This document shows, piece after piece, positions 8,150-19,143 of a stretch of 64,000 bases of DNA (the first letter of the stretch is position 1; the number at the start of each line of letters is the position of its first letter). Origin of the DNA: Bacteroidota bacterium (GTDB lineage: Bacteria; Bacteroidota; Bacteroidia; Chitinophagales; Chitinophagaceae); assembly GCA_026391125.1 (NCBI GenBank), contig JAPLEO010000110.1:7-64006 (forward strand). Reading direction: 5' to 3'. A program made the translations under genes and the position numbers. Below the pieces are notes generated by a model. It was given only the letters and a program-made list of their open reading frames with translations, was not told the DNA's origin and did not search any database.

Positions 8150-11017
8150 TTATGCGTAAGAGGCAACAGGCTCGCAAGTGCAAATTAAATTCCGATCACC
8201 GTGTGTGTTGTTAACACGAGCTACAGATGGCCAGAATTTATTGAGTGCAACATAACTCAATGGAAATGCCGCATCCTGTCTGCTATAAGCATGGTTCCAC
8301 TCATTGGCACAAATCACAGCTTGTGTATGAGGTGCATTTTTTAGTGGGTTATCAACTTTATCAGAGGTCCCATTTTCAATAGCCTTGATCTCTGCATGTA
8401 TCGCGATCAATGCATCACAGAAACGATCCAATTCTACCTTGTCTTCACTTTCAGTTGGCTCGATCATAATAGTACCAGCAACTGGGAAGCTCATAGTAGG
8501 TGCGTGGAATCCATAATCGATCAGTCTTTTCGCTACATCTTCTGCTTCAATTCCAACAGATTGTTTGAATGGACGGAGGTCAACAATAAATTCGTGTGCG
8601 CAAGTTCCATTGGTACCCGCGTATAAGATTTTATAATATTTCTCCAACCTAGCACGCATATAATTTGCATTCAGGATCGCATACTCTGTTGATTTTTTAA
8701 CTCCTTCTGCACCTAACATTTTAATGTAAGCATAGCTGATCAATAAAATACTTGCTGAACCAAATTCCGCAGCACTTACCGCATGAATGGTTGTATTTGT
8801 TTCTGATGCAACATGCCCTGGTAGGTAAGGGGCTAATTTATCGTTCACACAAATTGGTCCAACGCCTGGTCCGCCACCACCATGTGGGATCGAAAATGTT
8901 TTATGTAAGTTTAAGTGACAAACATCAGCGCCAATAATACCCGGACTAGTTAATCCAACCTGCGCATTCATATTGGCACCATCCATATATACCAAGCCAC
9001 CATTATCGTGGATGATCTGACAGATGTCTTTGATTGTTTCTTCGAAAACACCGTGCGTAGAAGGATAGGTTACCATCAATGCACCTAATGTGTCTTTATA
9101 TTGAGTTGCTTTTGCAAGCATGTCTGCTACATCAATATTACCTGCTTCATCACATTTCACAACAACCACTTTAAATCCAGCCATTACTGCACTCGCAGGG
9201 TTAGTACCGTGTGCACTAATTGGGATCAACACCACATTTCGATTTACCTCATTTCTTGCTTCGTGATACGCACGAATCGCTAATAAGCCAGCGTACTCTC
9301 CAGAAGCACCACTGTTGGGTTGTAAGCTACAAGCAGTAAAGCCTGTGATCTTGCAGAGATAGTCTGTTAATTCAGCAATGATCTGTTGGTATCCTTCTGT
9401 TTGATTAGAAGGAATAAAAGGATGAAGACTTCCAAATTCTGGCCAGCTTACAGGAAGCATTTCTGTTGCTGCATTTAGCTTCATGGTACAACTTCCCAAA
9501 CTAATCATGCTGGTATTCAGAGAAAGGTCTTTGTTTTCTAATTGTTTCATATAGCGCATCATCTGACTTTCGCTATGATAGGTATTGAAAACGGGATGTG
9601 ACAAATAATCAGAACTACGTTTTGCAAATGCAGGAATATTACTCAAAGCGAAATCGCTATCGAACTCAATTTCTGCTTCGTCCAATCCTTTTGATTGAGC
9701 AAAAACAAAAACAATGTCTAGTACATCTTTTTGTGAGCTAGTTTCATCAATACTAATGCTGATCTGATCTGCATTGGTATATCGCAAATTGATACCAGCA
9801 GCTTCCGCGAAAGTTTTAATAGTTGCACTATTTGCTGCAACAGTAATGGTATCAAAATAATGTTGATGAAGAGTAGGGAATCCAAGATCATTTAATGCGA
9901 TGCTAAGACTTTGTGTTAATTCACTCACGCGTGTAGCAATATCTTTTAATCCAGCTGGACCATGATACACCGCATACATAGCCGCCATATTTGCAAGTAA
10001 TGCTTGCGCTGTACAAATATTGGAAGTTGCTTTTTCGCGTTTGATATGTTGTTCACGGGTTTGCAAAGCCATACGTAATGCACGGTTTCCTTGTGCATCA
10101 ATACTAACTCCGATCAATCTTCCGGGCATCCCTCTTTTGAATTCATCTTTGGTTGCAAAGAATGCAGCGTGCGGTCCGCCAAAACCCATCGGTACTCCAA
10201 AACGTTGTGAGCTTCCCAATGCAATATCAGCACCCAATTCACCAGGAGGTGTTAATAGGGTTAAGGCTAATAAGTCGCAAGCCATGATAGTATGTCCACC
10301 AGCTGCGTGTACCTGATCGTGGAATGAAATATAATTTTCAATAGAACCTACATTATTAGGGTATTGAACGATTGAACCAAAGAATGTATTATCAATAACT
10401 GCATTTGTATAGTCACCAACAACAACTGATATGCCAATTGGCTCTGCACGAGTAATTAATACATCGATCGTTTGAGGCAAAACATTTGCATCAACAAAGA
10501 GTTTGGGTTGGGTGATATTGTCTGCTTTGTTAACCTGATTAAAGATCATGGCCATCGCTTCTGCTGCTGCAGTTGCTTCATCTAACAATGAGGCGTTTGA
10601 AATTGGGAGACCAGTAAGGTCGGCGATCATCGTTTGATAATTCAATAAACTTTCTAAACGACCCTGTGAAATTTCTGCTTGATAAGGAGTGTATTGTGTA
10701 TACCATCCTGGATTCTCAAATATGTTACGAAGGATCACACTTGGTGTGATAGTTCCATAGTAACCTTGGCCAATATAAGTTTTGAATAACTTGTTTTTTG
10801 CAGCAACTTTTTTTAATTCGCTGAGATACTCATATTCGCCTATTGCTGCAGGAATATCTAGAGGTTCATTGATTCGGATCGAATCAGGAACTGTTTTACT
10901 GATTAATTCTTCCAGAGATGAAACACCAATGGTCTGCAACATGGCAATGCTGTCTTCTACACTAGGACCAATATGTCTGCCATGAAATTCATTCGATTGT
11001 TTGATAAATAAGCTCAT
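8150..11017 (-). CDS. gcvP: Glycine dehydrogenase (decarboxylating), glycine cleavage system P protein
   Basis: 955 aa, the full-length single-chain P protein. Conserved blocks: [32 protein letters not shown] (PLP lysine region), MIEPTESE. Confidence 0.97.
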   Translation of the reverse strand: MSLFIKQSNEFHGRHIGPSVEDSIAMLQTIGVSSLEELISKTVPDSIRINEPLDIPAAIGEYEYLSELKKVAAKNKLFKTYIGQGYYGTITPSVILRNIFENPGWYTQYTPYQAEISQGRLESLLNYQTMIADLTGLPISNASLLDEATAAAEAMAMIFNQVNKADNITQPKLFVDANVLPQTIDVLITRAEPIGISVVVGDYTNAVIDNTFFGSIVQYPNNVGSIENYISFHDQVHAAGGHTIMACDLLALTLLTPPGELGADIALGSSQRFGVPMGFGGPHAAFFATKDEFKRGMPGRLIGVSIDAQGNRALRMALQTREQHIKREKATSNICTAQALLANMAAMYAVYHGPAGLKDIATRVSELTQSLSIALNDLGFPTLHQHYFDTITVAANSATIKTFAEAAGINLRYTNADQISISIDETSSQKDVLDIVFVFAQSKGLDEAEIEFDSDFALSNIPAFAKRSSDYLSHPVFNTYHSESQMMRYMKQLENKDLSLNTSMISLGSCTMKLNAATEMLPVSWPEFGSLHPFIPSNQTEGYQQIIAELTDYLCKITGFTACSLQPNSGASGEYAGLLAIRAYHEARNEVNRNVVLIPISAHGTNPASAVMAGFKVVVVKCDEAGNIDVADMLAKATQYKDTLGALMVTYPSTHGVFEETIKDICQIIHDNGGLVYMDGANMNAQVGLTSPGIIGADVCHLNLHKTFSIPHGGGGPGVGPICVNDKLAPYLPGHVASETNTTIHAVSAAEFGSASILLISYAYIKMLGAEGVKKSTEYAILNANYMRARLEKYYKILYAGTNGTCAHEFIVDLRPFKQSVGIEAEDVAKRLIDYGFHAPTMSFPVAGTIMIEPTESEDKVELDRFCDALIAIHAEIKAIENGTSDKVDNPLKNAPHTQAVICANEWNHAYSRQDAAFPLSYVALNKFWPSVARVNNTHGDRNLICTCEPVASYA

Positions 11018-11197
11018 AGAAATTTCCTTAATAACTGTTAATTATTGATTTGTTGTTCAGCAATAAATACAATAAGCGGGTTTGAATCACACAAATGAGA
11101 CTAAAAACAGATGTGTTTTTCCGCCGCAAAGTTAAGCTGATAAGGGCTTATAAATTGCATTTTGTTGAAGCTGGGGAAAGGATGTGCATGACTTGAT

Positions 11198-12100
11198 TCA
11201 ACCCTTTGATTTTGCTGCTTCTATTTCTCGCATTTGTACACTGGTTTGGCGGCTCCCGTCATGGCTCCAGCCTGGCGGACCAAAAAGGTAATTGAAACGA
11301 TCTTTTAGGGTAATTCCTTTTTGGGTAATATCCCTCCAAACCTGCTGCCATTCATGAAAAACAACCGTTACAGCGGTTGGGTTTTCCAAATTTTTAGTGA
11401 GGCCGTACCTGATTGGTTCGTATTCTTCGGGGGTTAATTCTGGTTGAAATGTGCCAAAAAGCTTATCCCAGACAATCAAAAACATGCCCATATTCTTGTC
11501 AAGGTATTTGGCATTTGATCCATGATGCACCCGATGATGCGATGGAGTTACCAAAATATATTCTAACCAACCCATTTTATTGATATACTCGGTATGTACA
11601 AAAATTCCCCAGATCTGAGTGGCTGAATACACAAATAATAGATCCAATGGATCAAAACCTAATAGAACAATTGGGATAAAATAAATAAACCGATAAACTG
11701 GTTGAAATACAGAAGAACGGAAGCCAACTGTAAAATTCATCAGCTCACTACTATGGTGTGTTACATGAACTGCCCAGAATAAGCGAATCTCATGGTCGAA
11801 CCGATGCAGCCAATAGTACATCATGTCTTCAAACACAAATAGTAAGACCCAATAAATGATACTTGTTTGCCAATGAATCACAGCAAATTTGAAAAAATAG
11901 CCCAGTATTCCAAGTGTAAATAAACGAAGACCAAAATCTAGGCCCATATTCAGCAACATGAGGCATACATTAAAGGCGGTATTCTTTTTGGTATAGGTCT
12001 GTCGTTGTTTTAAGTTCGACAAGATGATTTCAACGGCAATAATGACGCAATAAATAGGGATACTAATAGCGAAGAGCCAAGTTTCTCTGATCGAATCCAT
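11198..12100 (-). CDS. Sterol desaturase / fatty acid hydroxylase family membrane protein
   Basis: Histidine boxes HRFDHE, HVTHHSS and HHRVHH. Multiple TM helices. Confidence 0.85.
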   Translation of the reverse strand: MDSIRETWLFAISIPIYCVIIAVEIILSNLKQRQTYTKKNTAFNVCLMLLNMGLDFGLRLFTLGILGYFFKFAVIHWQTSIIYWVLLFVFEDMMYYWLHRFDHEIRLFWAVHVTHHSSELMNFTVGFRSSVFQPVYRFIYFIPIVLLGFDPLDLLFVYSATQIWGIFVHTEYINKMGWLEYILVTPSHHRVHHGSNAKYLDKNMGMFLIVWDKLFGTFQPELTPEEYEPIRYGLTKNLENPTAVTVVFHEWQQVWRDITQKGITLKDRFNYLFGPPGWSHDGSRQTSVQMREIEAAKSKG

Positions 12101-12206
12101 CGGTGTAATTTCTATTGATTTTTAAGTGCAATTTTGGAGTGGGGAACCAAAAATTACTTTTTTGCAAAGTAAGCACATACCTTGCAAGTATAAATAAAAT
12201 TGATAA

Positions 12207-12692
12207 ATGCTACCTGAAATAAGTTTGGAGGATTGGGAAAAAAGATCGGAAGAGCACCAGAAACAATACAAATATTTATTGGATAAGGGCGATAAGAAAA
12301 AATTGTTGAAGCAATTACCCGACTTGCATGAGGCGGCTTTTGAAAAGATTGATTGCTTGCAATGTGCAAGCTGTTGCAAGAACTATTCTCCTAGATTTAA
12401 GATGCCCGATATCAAGAGGATCAGTAAGCCTATGCGCATGAAGGAGACTGAATTCATTGACACTTATTTAACCATGGATAAAGAGGGGGACTACGTTACA
12501 AAAACATCTCCTTGTCCGTTTTTGGGTGAAGATAATTTTTGTTCCATTTATGAAGACAGGCCATCAGATTGCCATAGGTTCCCTTACACCGATGAAGATG
12601 TGTTGTTTAAACGTCCCGTAATAACGTTAAAGAATTCCACTTTTTGTCCGGCCGTATTCTATGTATTAGAAGCACTGATCAAAACTAAATAA
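12207..12692 (+). CDS. YkgJ family cysteine-cluster protein
   Basis: CLQCASCC ... CPFL ... CSIYEDRPSDCHRFP pattern. Confidence 0.75.
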   Translation: MLPEISLEDWEKRSEEHQKQYKYLLDKGDKKKLLKQLPDLHEAAFEKIDCLQCASCCKNYSPRFKMPDIKRISKPMRMKETEFIDTYLTMDKEGDYVTKTSPCPFLGEDNFCSIYEDRPSDCHRFPYTDEDVLFKRPVITLKNSTFCPAVFYVLEALIKTK

Positions 12693-13581
12693 GTTCACTA
12701 TAGGCTGCTTCTAAGTTTGATTTAATGCGTTTTAAATCGTCTTTCCAATCGCCAACATTATTGATGCTGGTGATCTGTAGTATTTCTTCTTTGCTCTTGC
12801 CTTGTTTGATGGCTGCACCTACCTGATCTAAAAGTTGGTTGATATAGTGCTGCAATCCCTTGAGGTCTTCTTTGGTACCAGTTACTTGATTGTTGCCTCC
12901 ATGCCCAAAAACAAAAATGGTTTCATTATCGAATGTGGTCATGGCTTGATCTAATACTTTAATCCAATTTGTGAATGAAGCGCCAGACTTTTTGTCTACT
13001 ACAGGATATATTTTATTGAACATAAGATCGCCAGTATGAACAATATTGGCGTGTTCAAAATGAATCATGGCATCGCCATTGGTATGGCCTGCACCAAAGT
13101 AGTGGGCTTGAATTTTCTCTTTTCCAATATGGGCTTTCCAATTGTCACTAAATGTGATATCCTGGAATAGTTGTTTGTCTTCTGAATGCTGTTCGGCCGC
13201 CACACGTTGATAATTGCTTAAACAATTAACATGACCAACCACATGTTCAGCTATTCCTTTGAAAGCTATATTTCCTCCTGTATGATCTCCGTGATGGTGT
13301 GTATTGATGAGGTACTTGATGGGCTTGTCTTGTAACTTTTTTAATTCATCCATCAAGTGTTTTGCAGATTCTGGAAATTGCGCATCAACAACTGCGATGC
13401 CTTTCTTTGAAATATAAAATGCAATGGTCCCACCTTTTTCAGTAAAGATGCCAACATCGTTTCTTAACATCGTGATCTTATAAGCAGGCTGTTGTAAAAA
13501 AGCCGCTAAGATCTCTTTGGTTGATAAACCTAGTAAACCTGCTGTAATTGCAGATGTCTTAATGAAACTTCTACGTTGCAT
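12685..13581 (-). CDS. MBL-fold metallo-hydrolase with Tat-type signal
   Basis: MQRRSFIKTSAITAGLLG twin-arginine leader. HHHGDH zinc motif. A downstream HTNGD motif. Confidence 0.85.
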   Translation of the reverse strand: MQRRSFIKTSAITAGLLGLSTKEILAAFLQQPAYKITMLRNDVGIFTEKGGTIAFYISKKGIAVVDAQFPESAKHLMDELKKLQDKPIKYLINTHHHGDHTGGNIAFKGIAEHVVGHVNCLSNYQRVAAEQHSEDKQLFQDITFSDNWKAHIGKEKIQAHYFGAGHTNGDAMIHFEHANIVHTGDLMFNKIYPVVDKKSGASFTNWIKVLDQAMTTFDNETIFVFGHGGNNQVTGTKEDLKGLQHYINQLLDQVGAAIKQGKSKEEILQITSINNVGDWKDDLKRIKSNLEAAYSELI

Positions 13582-13656
13582 AATATTAGATTGTATGATT
13601 TATGAATTAGATACGTGTAAAAGGGTAGAATGGTTGTTCAATATAATTAATTGATC

Positions 13657-14904
13657 CTAATATTCCATTTTTCTGAGAGCTGGAGCTTTGAACCAAGTAG
13701 TGGCAACTACAAAAATGGTCATACAACCACCGAAAACTACAGATGGTACAACGCCTAATAATTTTGCGGCAACTCCACTTTCAAATTGGCCCAATTCATT
13801 GCTGCTATTAATGAACATGGAGTTCACGCTCATCACCCTTCCACGCATATGATCGGGCGTTTTGAGTTGAAGGATGGTGCCTCTGATTACCACACTGATT
13901 CCATCAACAATACCACTCAATAAAAGTGCAGCAAACGAGAGCCAGAACGAACGCGACAAGGCAAAGATTAAAATACAAATGCCGAAGGAGCCCACAGCAA
14001 AAAATAATTTGCGGCCCTGTTTTTTTCGAAGAGGTGCAATGGTTAAAATTATAATCACAAGTATCGAGCCTATATCTGATGCGGCATTCAGCCATCCAAA
14101 GCCTACGGCACCAACCTTTAATATGTCTTTTGCAAAAACTGGGATCATGGCAACTGCGCCTCCAAATAGTACGGCAAAAAGGTCTAGCGACAATGCGCCT
14201 AGAACTTCCTTGGTCTTGAAAACAAAACGGATTCCTTCTTTTACACTATCCAATGTTTTCTTCTCACCTTGAATATTCAAGGGAGGTTTGGGTTTGATGC
14301 GCCACATGAACAGCAGTCCAATTATAACCAATGAAACAATAATGCTAAGTGATGCAGTGTTACCGAAACCCGCGATAAAAAATCCAACTGAAGCATGACC
14401 GATCACTGAAGCACTCAACCAAATTCCTTGATTCCAAGTAGTGGCATTTTGTAAAAGCTCTTTAGGAACAATACTTGCCACCATGGTACCAAAACTTGGT
14501 CCAGTAAAGGATCTAAAAATTCCCGTAAAGAAAATGATGATATAAATACAAAAAGTGATCCAATGATTGCTCAGAAAGCCTGCAGTAAAACGAGTGGATA
14601 GTATTAATAGTAAAAAAGCACAAAACAGGTATAAGGAAACGCCCCTTAGTAACAGCTTTCTTTTTTCGCTAATGTCAATGATATGACCTGCATATAATGA
14701 AAGCGAAACCGCAGGGATTACTTCTGAAAGTCCGATCAATCCAATTGCAAATGGTTCGTTGGTTAATTCATATACCCACCAGCCCACCAGCGTGCCCATC
14801 ATTCTTAAACCCATGATGAACAAAAACCTACCCAGCATTAAATTGCGATATTCAGCAATTCTCATTGCTGCGATGGGGTCGTTTGTTTTTTGAATTACTT
14901 CCAT
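13657..14904 (-). CDS. MFS transporter
   Basis: About 12 predicted TM helices; MFS-like loop motifs. 415 aa. Confidence 0.8.
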   Translation of the reverse strand: MEVIQKTNDPIAAMRIAEYRNLMLGRFLFIMGLRMMGTLVGWWVYELTNEPFAIGLIGLSEVIPAVSLSLYAGHIIDISEKRKLLLRGVSLYLFCAFLLLILSTRFTAGFLSNHWITFCIYIIIFFTGIFRSFTGPSFGTMVASIVPKELLQNATTWNQGIWLSASVIGHASVGFFIAGFGNTASLSIIVSLVIIGLLFMWRIKPKPPLNIQGEKKTLDSVKEGIRFVFKTKEVLGALSLDLFAVLFGGAVAMIPVFAKDILKVGAVGFGWLNAASDIGSILVIIILTIAPLRKKQGRKLFFAVGSFGICILIFALSRSFWLSFAALLLSGIVDGISVVIRGTILQLKTPDHMRGRVMSVNSMFINSSNELGQFESGVAAKLLGVVPSVVFGGCMTIFVVATTWFKAPALRKMEY

Positions 14905-14988
14905 TTTCTAGTTCACGAAGATGCGATTAAAGATTGAATGGGTGTTATGAAACTTGGAATTTTAAAGTAATCTCCACCAACTCAATAG

Positions 14989-15621
14989 CTAGGGAAGCGA
15001 AAAATAATGTTGCCCTGAATCAAAATCCTTATCCAATGCATCAATGACTACTTGAAGATGCTTTTCATTTCCCAAGAAATCTGCATTGCTCGCATCAATA
15101 AAAATGGTTTTAATATTATGCTGTTTGATATAGCTGGTATAGGTTTCCTGTAAATTAAATAAATAGGAATCAGGAATTGTTTGTTCGTAAGCGCGATTTC
15201 TTTTTTTAATATTTAACTGTAATTTATTTACGGGTGCGTGTAAATAAATGATTATGTCGGGGAACACCAATTGTTGATTGATGATGTCGAACAATTTTTG
15301 GTAAAGACGAAATTCTTCTTCAGGCAAAGTCACTTTTGCAAAGAGCAAACACTTTGTAAACAAATAATCAGAAACGGTTACACTCTGAAATAAATCGTTG
15401 GTATGCACCATTTCTTTTTGTTGCTTATAACGTTCTGCCATAAAAAACAATTCCAGAGGGAATGCATATTGGTCAGGGTTATTATAAAACTTAGGGAGAA
15501 AAGGATTGTCAGCAAATTCCTCAAGGATCATACGTGCATTAAAATGCTTCGCCAACAAATGCGTTAAAGTTGTTTTGCCTGCGCCTATATTCCCCTCAAC
15601 TGTAATAAAATGGTGTTTCAT
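14989..15621 (-). CDS. Deoxynucleoside kinase
   Basis: P-loop VEGNIGAGKTTL and a dNK-family ERY-like region. The start was moved to Met28 (MKHHFITVEG, ATG at 15621) because the longer ORF overlaps folK. Confidence 0.85.
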   Translation of the reverse strand: MKHHFITVEGNIGAGKTTLTHLLAKHFNARMILEEFADNPFLPKFYNNPDQYAFPLELFFMAERYKQQKEMVHTNDLFQSVTVSDYLFTKCLLFAKVTLPEEEFRLYQKLFDIINQQLVFPDIIIYLHAPVNKLQLNIKKRNRAYEQTIPDSYLFNLQETYTSYIKQHNIKTIFIDASNADFLGNEKHLQVVIDALDKDFDSGQHYFSLP

Positions 15622-15662
15622 AGTTTCCCTGATGTCAACAAAAATAGGGTTCCAATGTATCC

Positions 15663-16160
15663 CTAGATTGACATTTTTTGCACATCCAACTGGTCTGGGC
15701 ATGCTACTAAAAGATCTTCAATTGTTTTCTTGTGAACAGGATGCAGGAAGTTGGAAGCTATTTCTGTAAGTGGTAATAGTGCAAATCTTCGCTCAGCAAT
15801 TGCTGGGTGGGGAAGTACCAAGAGATCGGTATTTAAAATGATTTGGTTATAAAAAAGCATATCTAAGTCAATAATTCTTGGTCCTAATTTTTTTGATCGA
15901 ACCCTTCCCATCTTTTTTTCAATTGCCAAAAGCTGTTCCATCAGTAATTCAGGTGCCAAGTTTGTTTGCAATTTGATGGCTTGGTTAAAGAAGGAAGGCT
16001 GATTGGTTAATCCCCAAGCGGCAGTTTCGTATATTGCAGACGATTGGATGATCTTTCCGCAGGTTTGATCAATCAATAAGCTAGCTTTTTTCAGATTTGC
16101 AGATCTGTTACCCAGGTTACCGCCTATCAACAAATAAGCTATATTCATAATTTGGAACAT
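15663..16160 (-). CDS. folK: 2-amino-4-hydroxy-6-hydroxymethyldihydropteridine diphosphokinase
   Basis: IGGNLGNR, SAIYETAAWG, GPRIIDLDMLFY and LPHP motifs are typical of HPPK. Confidence 0.9.
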   Translation of the reverse strand: MFQIMNIAYLLIGGNLGNRSANLKKASLLIDQTCGKIIQSSAIYETAAWGLTNQPSFFNQAIKLQTNLAPELLMEQLLAIEKKMGRVRSKKLGPRIIDLDMLFYNQIILNTDLLVLPHPAIAERRFALLPLTEIASNFLHPVHKKTIEDLLVACPDQLDVQKMSI

Positions 16161-16209
16161 TTAGAAGTGGCAAATATCTTTAAATTCAATCAGCATACTA
16201 ATAAAATAT

Positions 16210-17964
16210 ATGAGAAGCTTTTTTAAATCCTTTTTTGCAGCCTTACTTGCCCTATTCATTTTTTGTATTTTAAGTGTATTTATTGTGATCGGAATTATTG
16301 CAAGTGCATCTAGTTCTGAAAAACCTTCCATTGGTACAAAAGGGGTTTTGCTCTTAAATCTTTCAAAACCATTTAAGGAGCAATCAATTGAAAATCCATT
16401 CGCGATGTTCTCTGGGATGGATGAATCAGAACAACCAAGCCTTTATGATGTGATCAGATTGATCAAGCACGCAAAGTCTGATTCTGCTATTAAGGGAATT
16501 TATATTCAGTGTAGCAACAATGCTAATGGATATGCGGCAAGTGAAGAATTGAGAAAAGCAATTATTGATTTTAAAAGAAGCAAAAAGTTTGTCGTTGCCT
16601 TTGGAGAAACTATTACTCAGAAAGGATATTATATTGGTAGTGCGGCTGATAAAGTATACTGTCATCCTCAGGGAGGTTTGGAGTGGGACGGATTTTCGAG
16701 CAATATGCTTTATCTAAAAGGCATGTTGGATAAGTTAGAGATCCAGCCTCAAATTTTTTATGCTGGAAAGTTTAAAAGCGCTACTGAGCCACTTCGCGAA
16801 ACTCAGATGACCGAAGCCAATCGCTTGCAAACAAGTGTATGGTTGGGAGATTTATACAATCGTTTTTTGTATGATGTAGCTGTAACCAGAAAATTAGATA
16901 CAGCAGCGATTCGCCAATTAGCTATAAATGGTTCTATTCAAACTGCAAATGATGCACTGATTCATCATTTAGTAGATGGTTTAAAATATGATGATGAATT
17001 GAAAGCAGAACTAACGCATAGATTGGTGAGTTCTGAAAATGCATCCATCAATTTTGTTGATCTGAATGATTATGCAAAAGCAGCTGATTTTAGACAAGAT
17101 GGAGATTCAAAAATTGCCATAGTATATGCTGCAGGTGATATTGTGAGTGGAAAAGGAGATAATGAATCTGTGGGAAGCGATGCATTTAGAACGGTGTTGC
17201 GTCAGATCAGATTAGACAAAGACATTAAAGCAGTAGTGTTTAGAGTTAATTCGCCAGGAGGAAGTGCTTTAGCTAGTGATGTGATTTGGAGGGAAATTAG
17301 TTTATTACGTAAAGAAAAACCAGTGGTGGTAAGCATGGGTGATGTAGCAGCATCTGGTGGATACTATATTTCTTGCAACGCAGATTCTGTTTTTGCAGAT
17401 GCAAATACTATTACAGGTTCCATTGGTGTATTTAGTATTTTACCAAACTTTCAATCGTTCTTTAAAAATAAATTGGGAATCAGTTTTGATGGCGTGAAAA
17501 CTGGTCCGTATGCAGATTTAGGAAATACAACCAGACCACTCACAGAACCAGAAAAACGTTTTATGCAAAGTGGTGTTGATAGTATTTATTACACTTTTAA
17601 ATCGCGTGTTGCCAACGGTCGTAAGAAAGACATTGTATATATCGATAGTATTGCGCAGGGTAGGGTGTGGACAGGCAATAGAGCTATTTCAGTTGGCTTA
17701 GTAGACAGAATTGGTACCATGCAAGATGCGGTTGACTGTGCAGTTAGTATGGCCAAATTAAAATCATACAGGGTAAAAGAATATCCAACGAAAAAAAATC
17801 TATTGGAACAAATTCTTGAAAATTATAAGAAGACAGTAAAAGTGAATTTGATCAAAGAAGAGATTGGGGTAAAAGAATACGACATGTTGCAGCAGGTAAA
17901 GCAAGTGAAGAACATGATAGGAGAGCCGCAGAGTCGTTTACCTTTTATGATGGATCTTAAGTAG
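16210..17964 (+). CDS. sppA: Signal peptide peptidase SppA, 67K type
   Basis: N-terminal TM helix. Duplicated ClpP/crotonase-like S49 domains. MGDVAASGGYY serine motif. Confidence 0.9.
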   Translation: MRSFFKSFFAALLALFIFCILSVFIVIGIIASASSSEKPSIGTKGVLLLNLSKPFKEQSIENPFAMFSGMDESEQPSLYDVIRLIKHAKSDSAIKGIYIQCSNNANGYAASEELRKAIIDFKRSKKFVVAFGETITQKGYYIGSAADKVYCHPQGGLEWDGFSSNMLYLKGMLDKLEIQPQIFYAGKFKSATEPLRETQMTEANRLQTSVWLGDLYNRFLYDVAVTRKLDTAAIRQLAINGSIQTANDALIHHLVDGLKYDDELKAELTHRLVSSENASINFVDLNDYAKAADFRQDGDSKIAIVYAAGDIVSGKGDNESVGSDAFRTVLRQIRLDKDIKAVVFRVNSPGGSALASDVIWREISLLRKEKPVVVSMGDVAASGGYYISCNADSVFADANTITGSIGVFSILPNFQSFFKNKLGISFDGVKTGPYADLGNTTRPLTEPEKRFMQSGVDSIYYTFKSRVANGRKKDIVYIDSIAQGRVWTGNRAISVGLVDRIGTMQDAVDCAVSMAKLKSYRVKEYPTKKNLLEQILENYKKTVKVNLIKEEIGVKEYDMLQQVKQVKNMIGEPQSRLPFMMDLK

Positions 17965-18033
17965 AATCAAAGAGTAAAATAATAAAGCGCTTGAACGCCT
18001 TAAATAAATAAATTTGCTTTATAATTTAATCAA

Positions 18034-19140
18034 ATGAAAGGAGAGTATAGCCAACTGAGGGCCATGATGGCGATTACAAAAGGTAGTTTGAGAGCTGTAT
18101 TTAGGAGTCCCTCTGCTGTAATATTTAGTATTGCGTTTCCTCTGATCTTTATATTGGTATTTGGTTTTTTAGGTAGTGGTGGTAAGGTTTCAATCAATGT
18201 GGCTTTTGATCCTAAGACAGATACGGTTAACGCCATTTACACCTCCATCAAAAATATTGCAGGGATTAATGTAGTAAAAAAAACCGGGGAGGAATTAAAG
18301 GAAGATCTTGAAAAGGGAAGAATAACTGCAATCATACTCATTAAGAAATCTGGACTTAATAATCCACCGTATTCAATAGATCTGACTAGCTCAGAAGCGG
18401 TGAATCCACAGAACATACAAGTGTTGAAATCTATTTTAAATGCTGTGATCGCGGGCATCAATCAAAGAACATTTTCTGAAGTTCCAACCTATGCATTGAT
18501 CAATCAGAATGTGCAAAAAATACCAGGAAGGATTTATCGTACCATTGATTTTATATTGCCAGGTCAGTTAGGATTTTCGCTATTGAGCTCTGGTGTTTTT
18601 GGAGTGGCTTTTCTGTTCTTCAATCTGCGCCAACAATTGGTATTAAAAAGGTTTTATGCAACACCTATTAAAAGATCGTACATCGTTTTGGGCGAGGCCT
18701 TTAGTAGGGTGATATTTCAAATGCTTACAGCGATCATTGTAATTGGAGTTGGCCATTTTGCTTTTAATTTTACACTAGTACATGGGTTCCAAACATTTTT
18801 AGAGATCATGTTTTTGAGTTTTCTTGCACTGATCCTTTTTATGGGTTTCGGATTTATTGTAAGTAGTGTTGCAAAAAATGAAAGCACCATTCCTCCGTTT
18901 GCAAACCTGATCACATTACCGCAATTTTTATTGGCAGGAACATTTTTCTCAATCGATGCCTTTCCATCTTGGTTACAACCAATCTGTAGAATTTTACCTC
19001 TAACGCATTTTAATAATGCGATGCGAAATATATCTTTTGAAGGAGCAAGTTTAGCAAGTTGCTGGAATGAATTGGGAATATTAGGGATTTGGACAGTAGT
19101 TGTATATGCCGTTGCTTTTAAAACCTTCAAGTGGGAATAA
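18034..19140 (+). CDS. ABC-2 type transporter permease
   Basis: 368 aa. One N-terminal TM helix, a large loop, then a C-terminal 5-TM bundle, as in ABC-2/YhhJ-like permeases. No ATPase gene is adjacent. Confidence 0.75.
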   Translation: MKGEYSQLRAMMAITKGSLRAVFRSPSAVIFSIAFPLIFILVFGFLGSGGKVSINVAFDPKTDTVNAIYTSIKNIAGINVVKKTGEELKEDLEKGRITAIILIKKSGLNNPPYSIDLTSSEAVNPQNIQVLKSILNAVIAGINQRTFSEVPTYALINQNVQKIPGRIYRTIDFILPGQLGFSLLSSGVFGVAFLFFNLRQQLVLKRFYATPIKRSYIVLGEAFSRVIFQMLTAIIVIGVGHFAFNFTLVHGFQTFLEIMFLSFLALILFMGFGFIVSSVAKNESTIPPFANLITLPQFLLAGTFFSIDAFPSWLQPICRILPLTHFNNAMRNISFEGASLASCWNELGILGIWTVVVYAVAFKTFKWE

Positions 19141-19143
19141 TGT

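Noticed and set aside
8396-10985. Multiple 60-98 aa plus-strand ORFs inside gcvP (similar shadow ORFs occur inside clpB, the M1 peptidase gene, the MFS gene and the kinases)
   Set aside because: These are antisense shadow ORFs within strongly supported long genes, and they have low-complexity translations.
11018-11197. Glycine riboswitch upstream of gcvP
   Set aside because: The minus strand was read, and the conserved GGAGAG / CACCGAAGGGGCAA-type cores were not present.
12122-12379. Two minus-strand ORFs (85 and 71 aa) overlapping the start of the YkgJ-like gene
   Set aside because: They are Cys/Ser/Phe-rich low-complexity translations that overlap a gene with clear family motifs.
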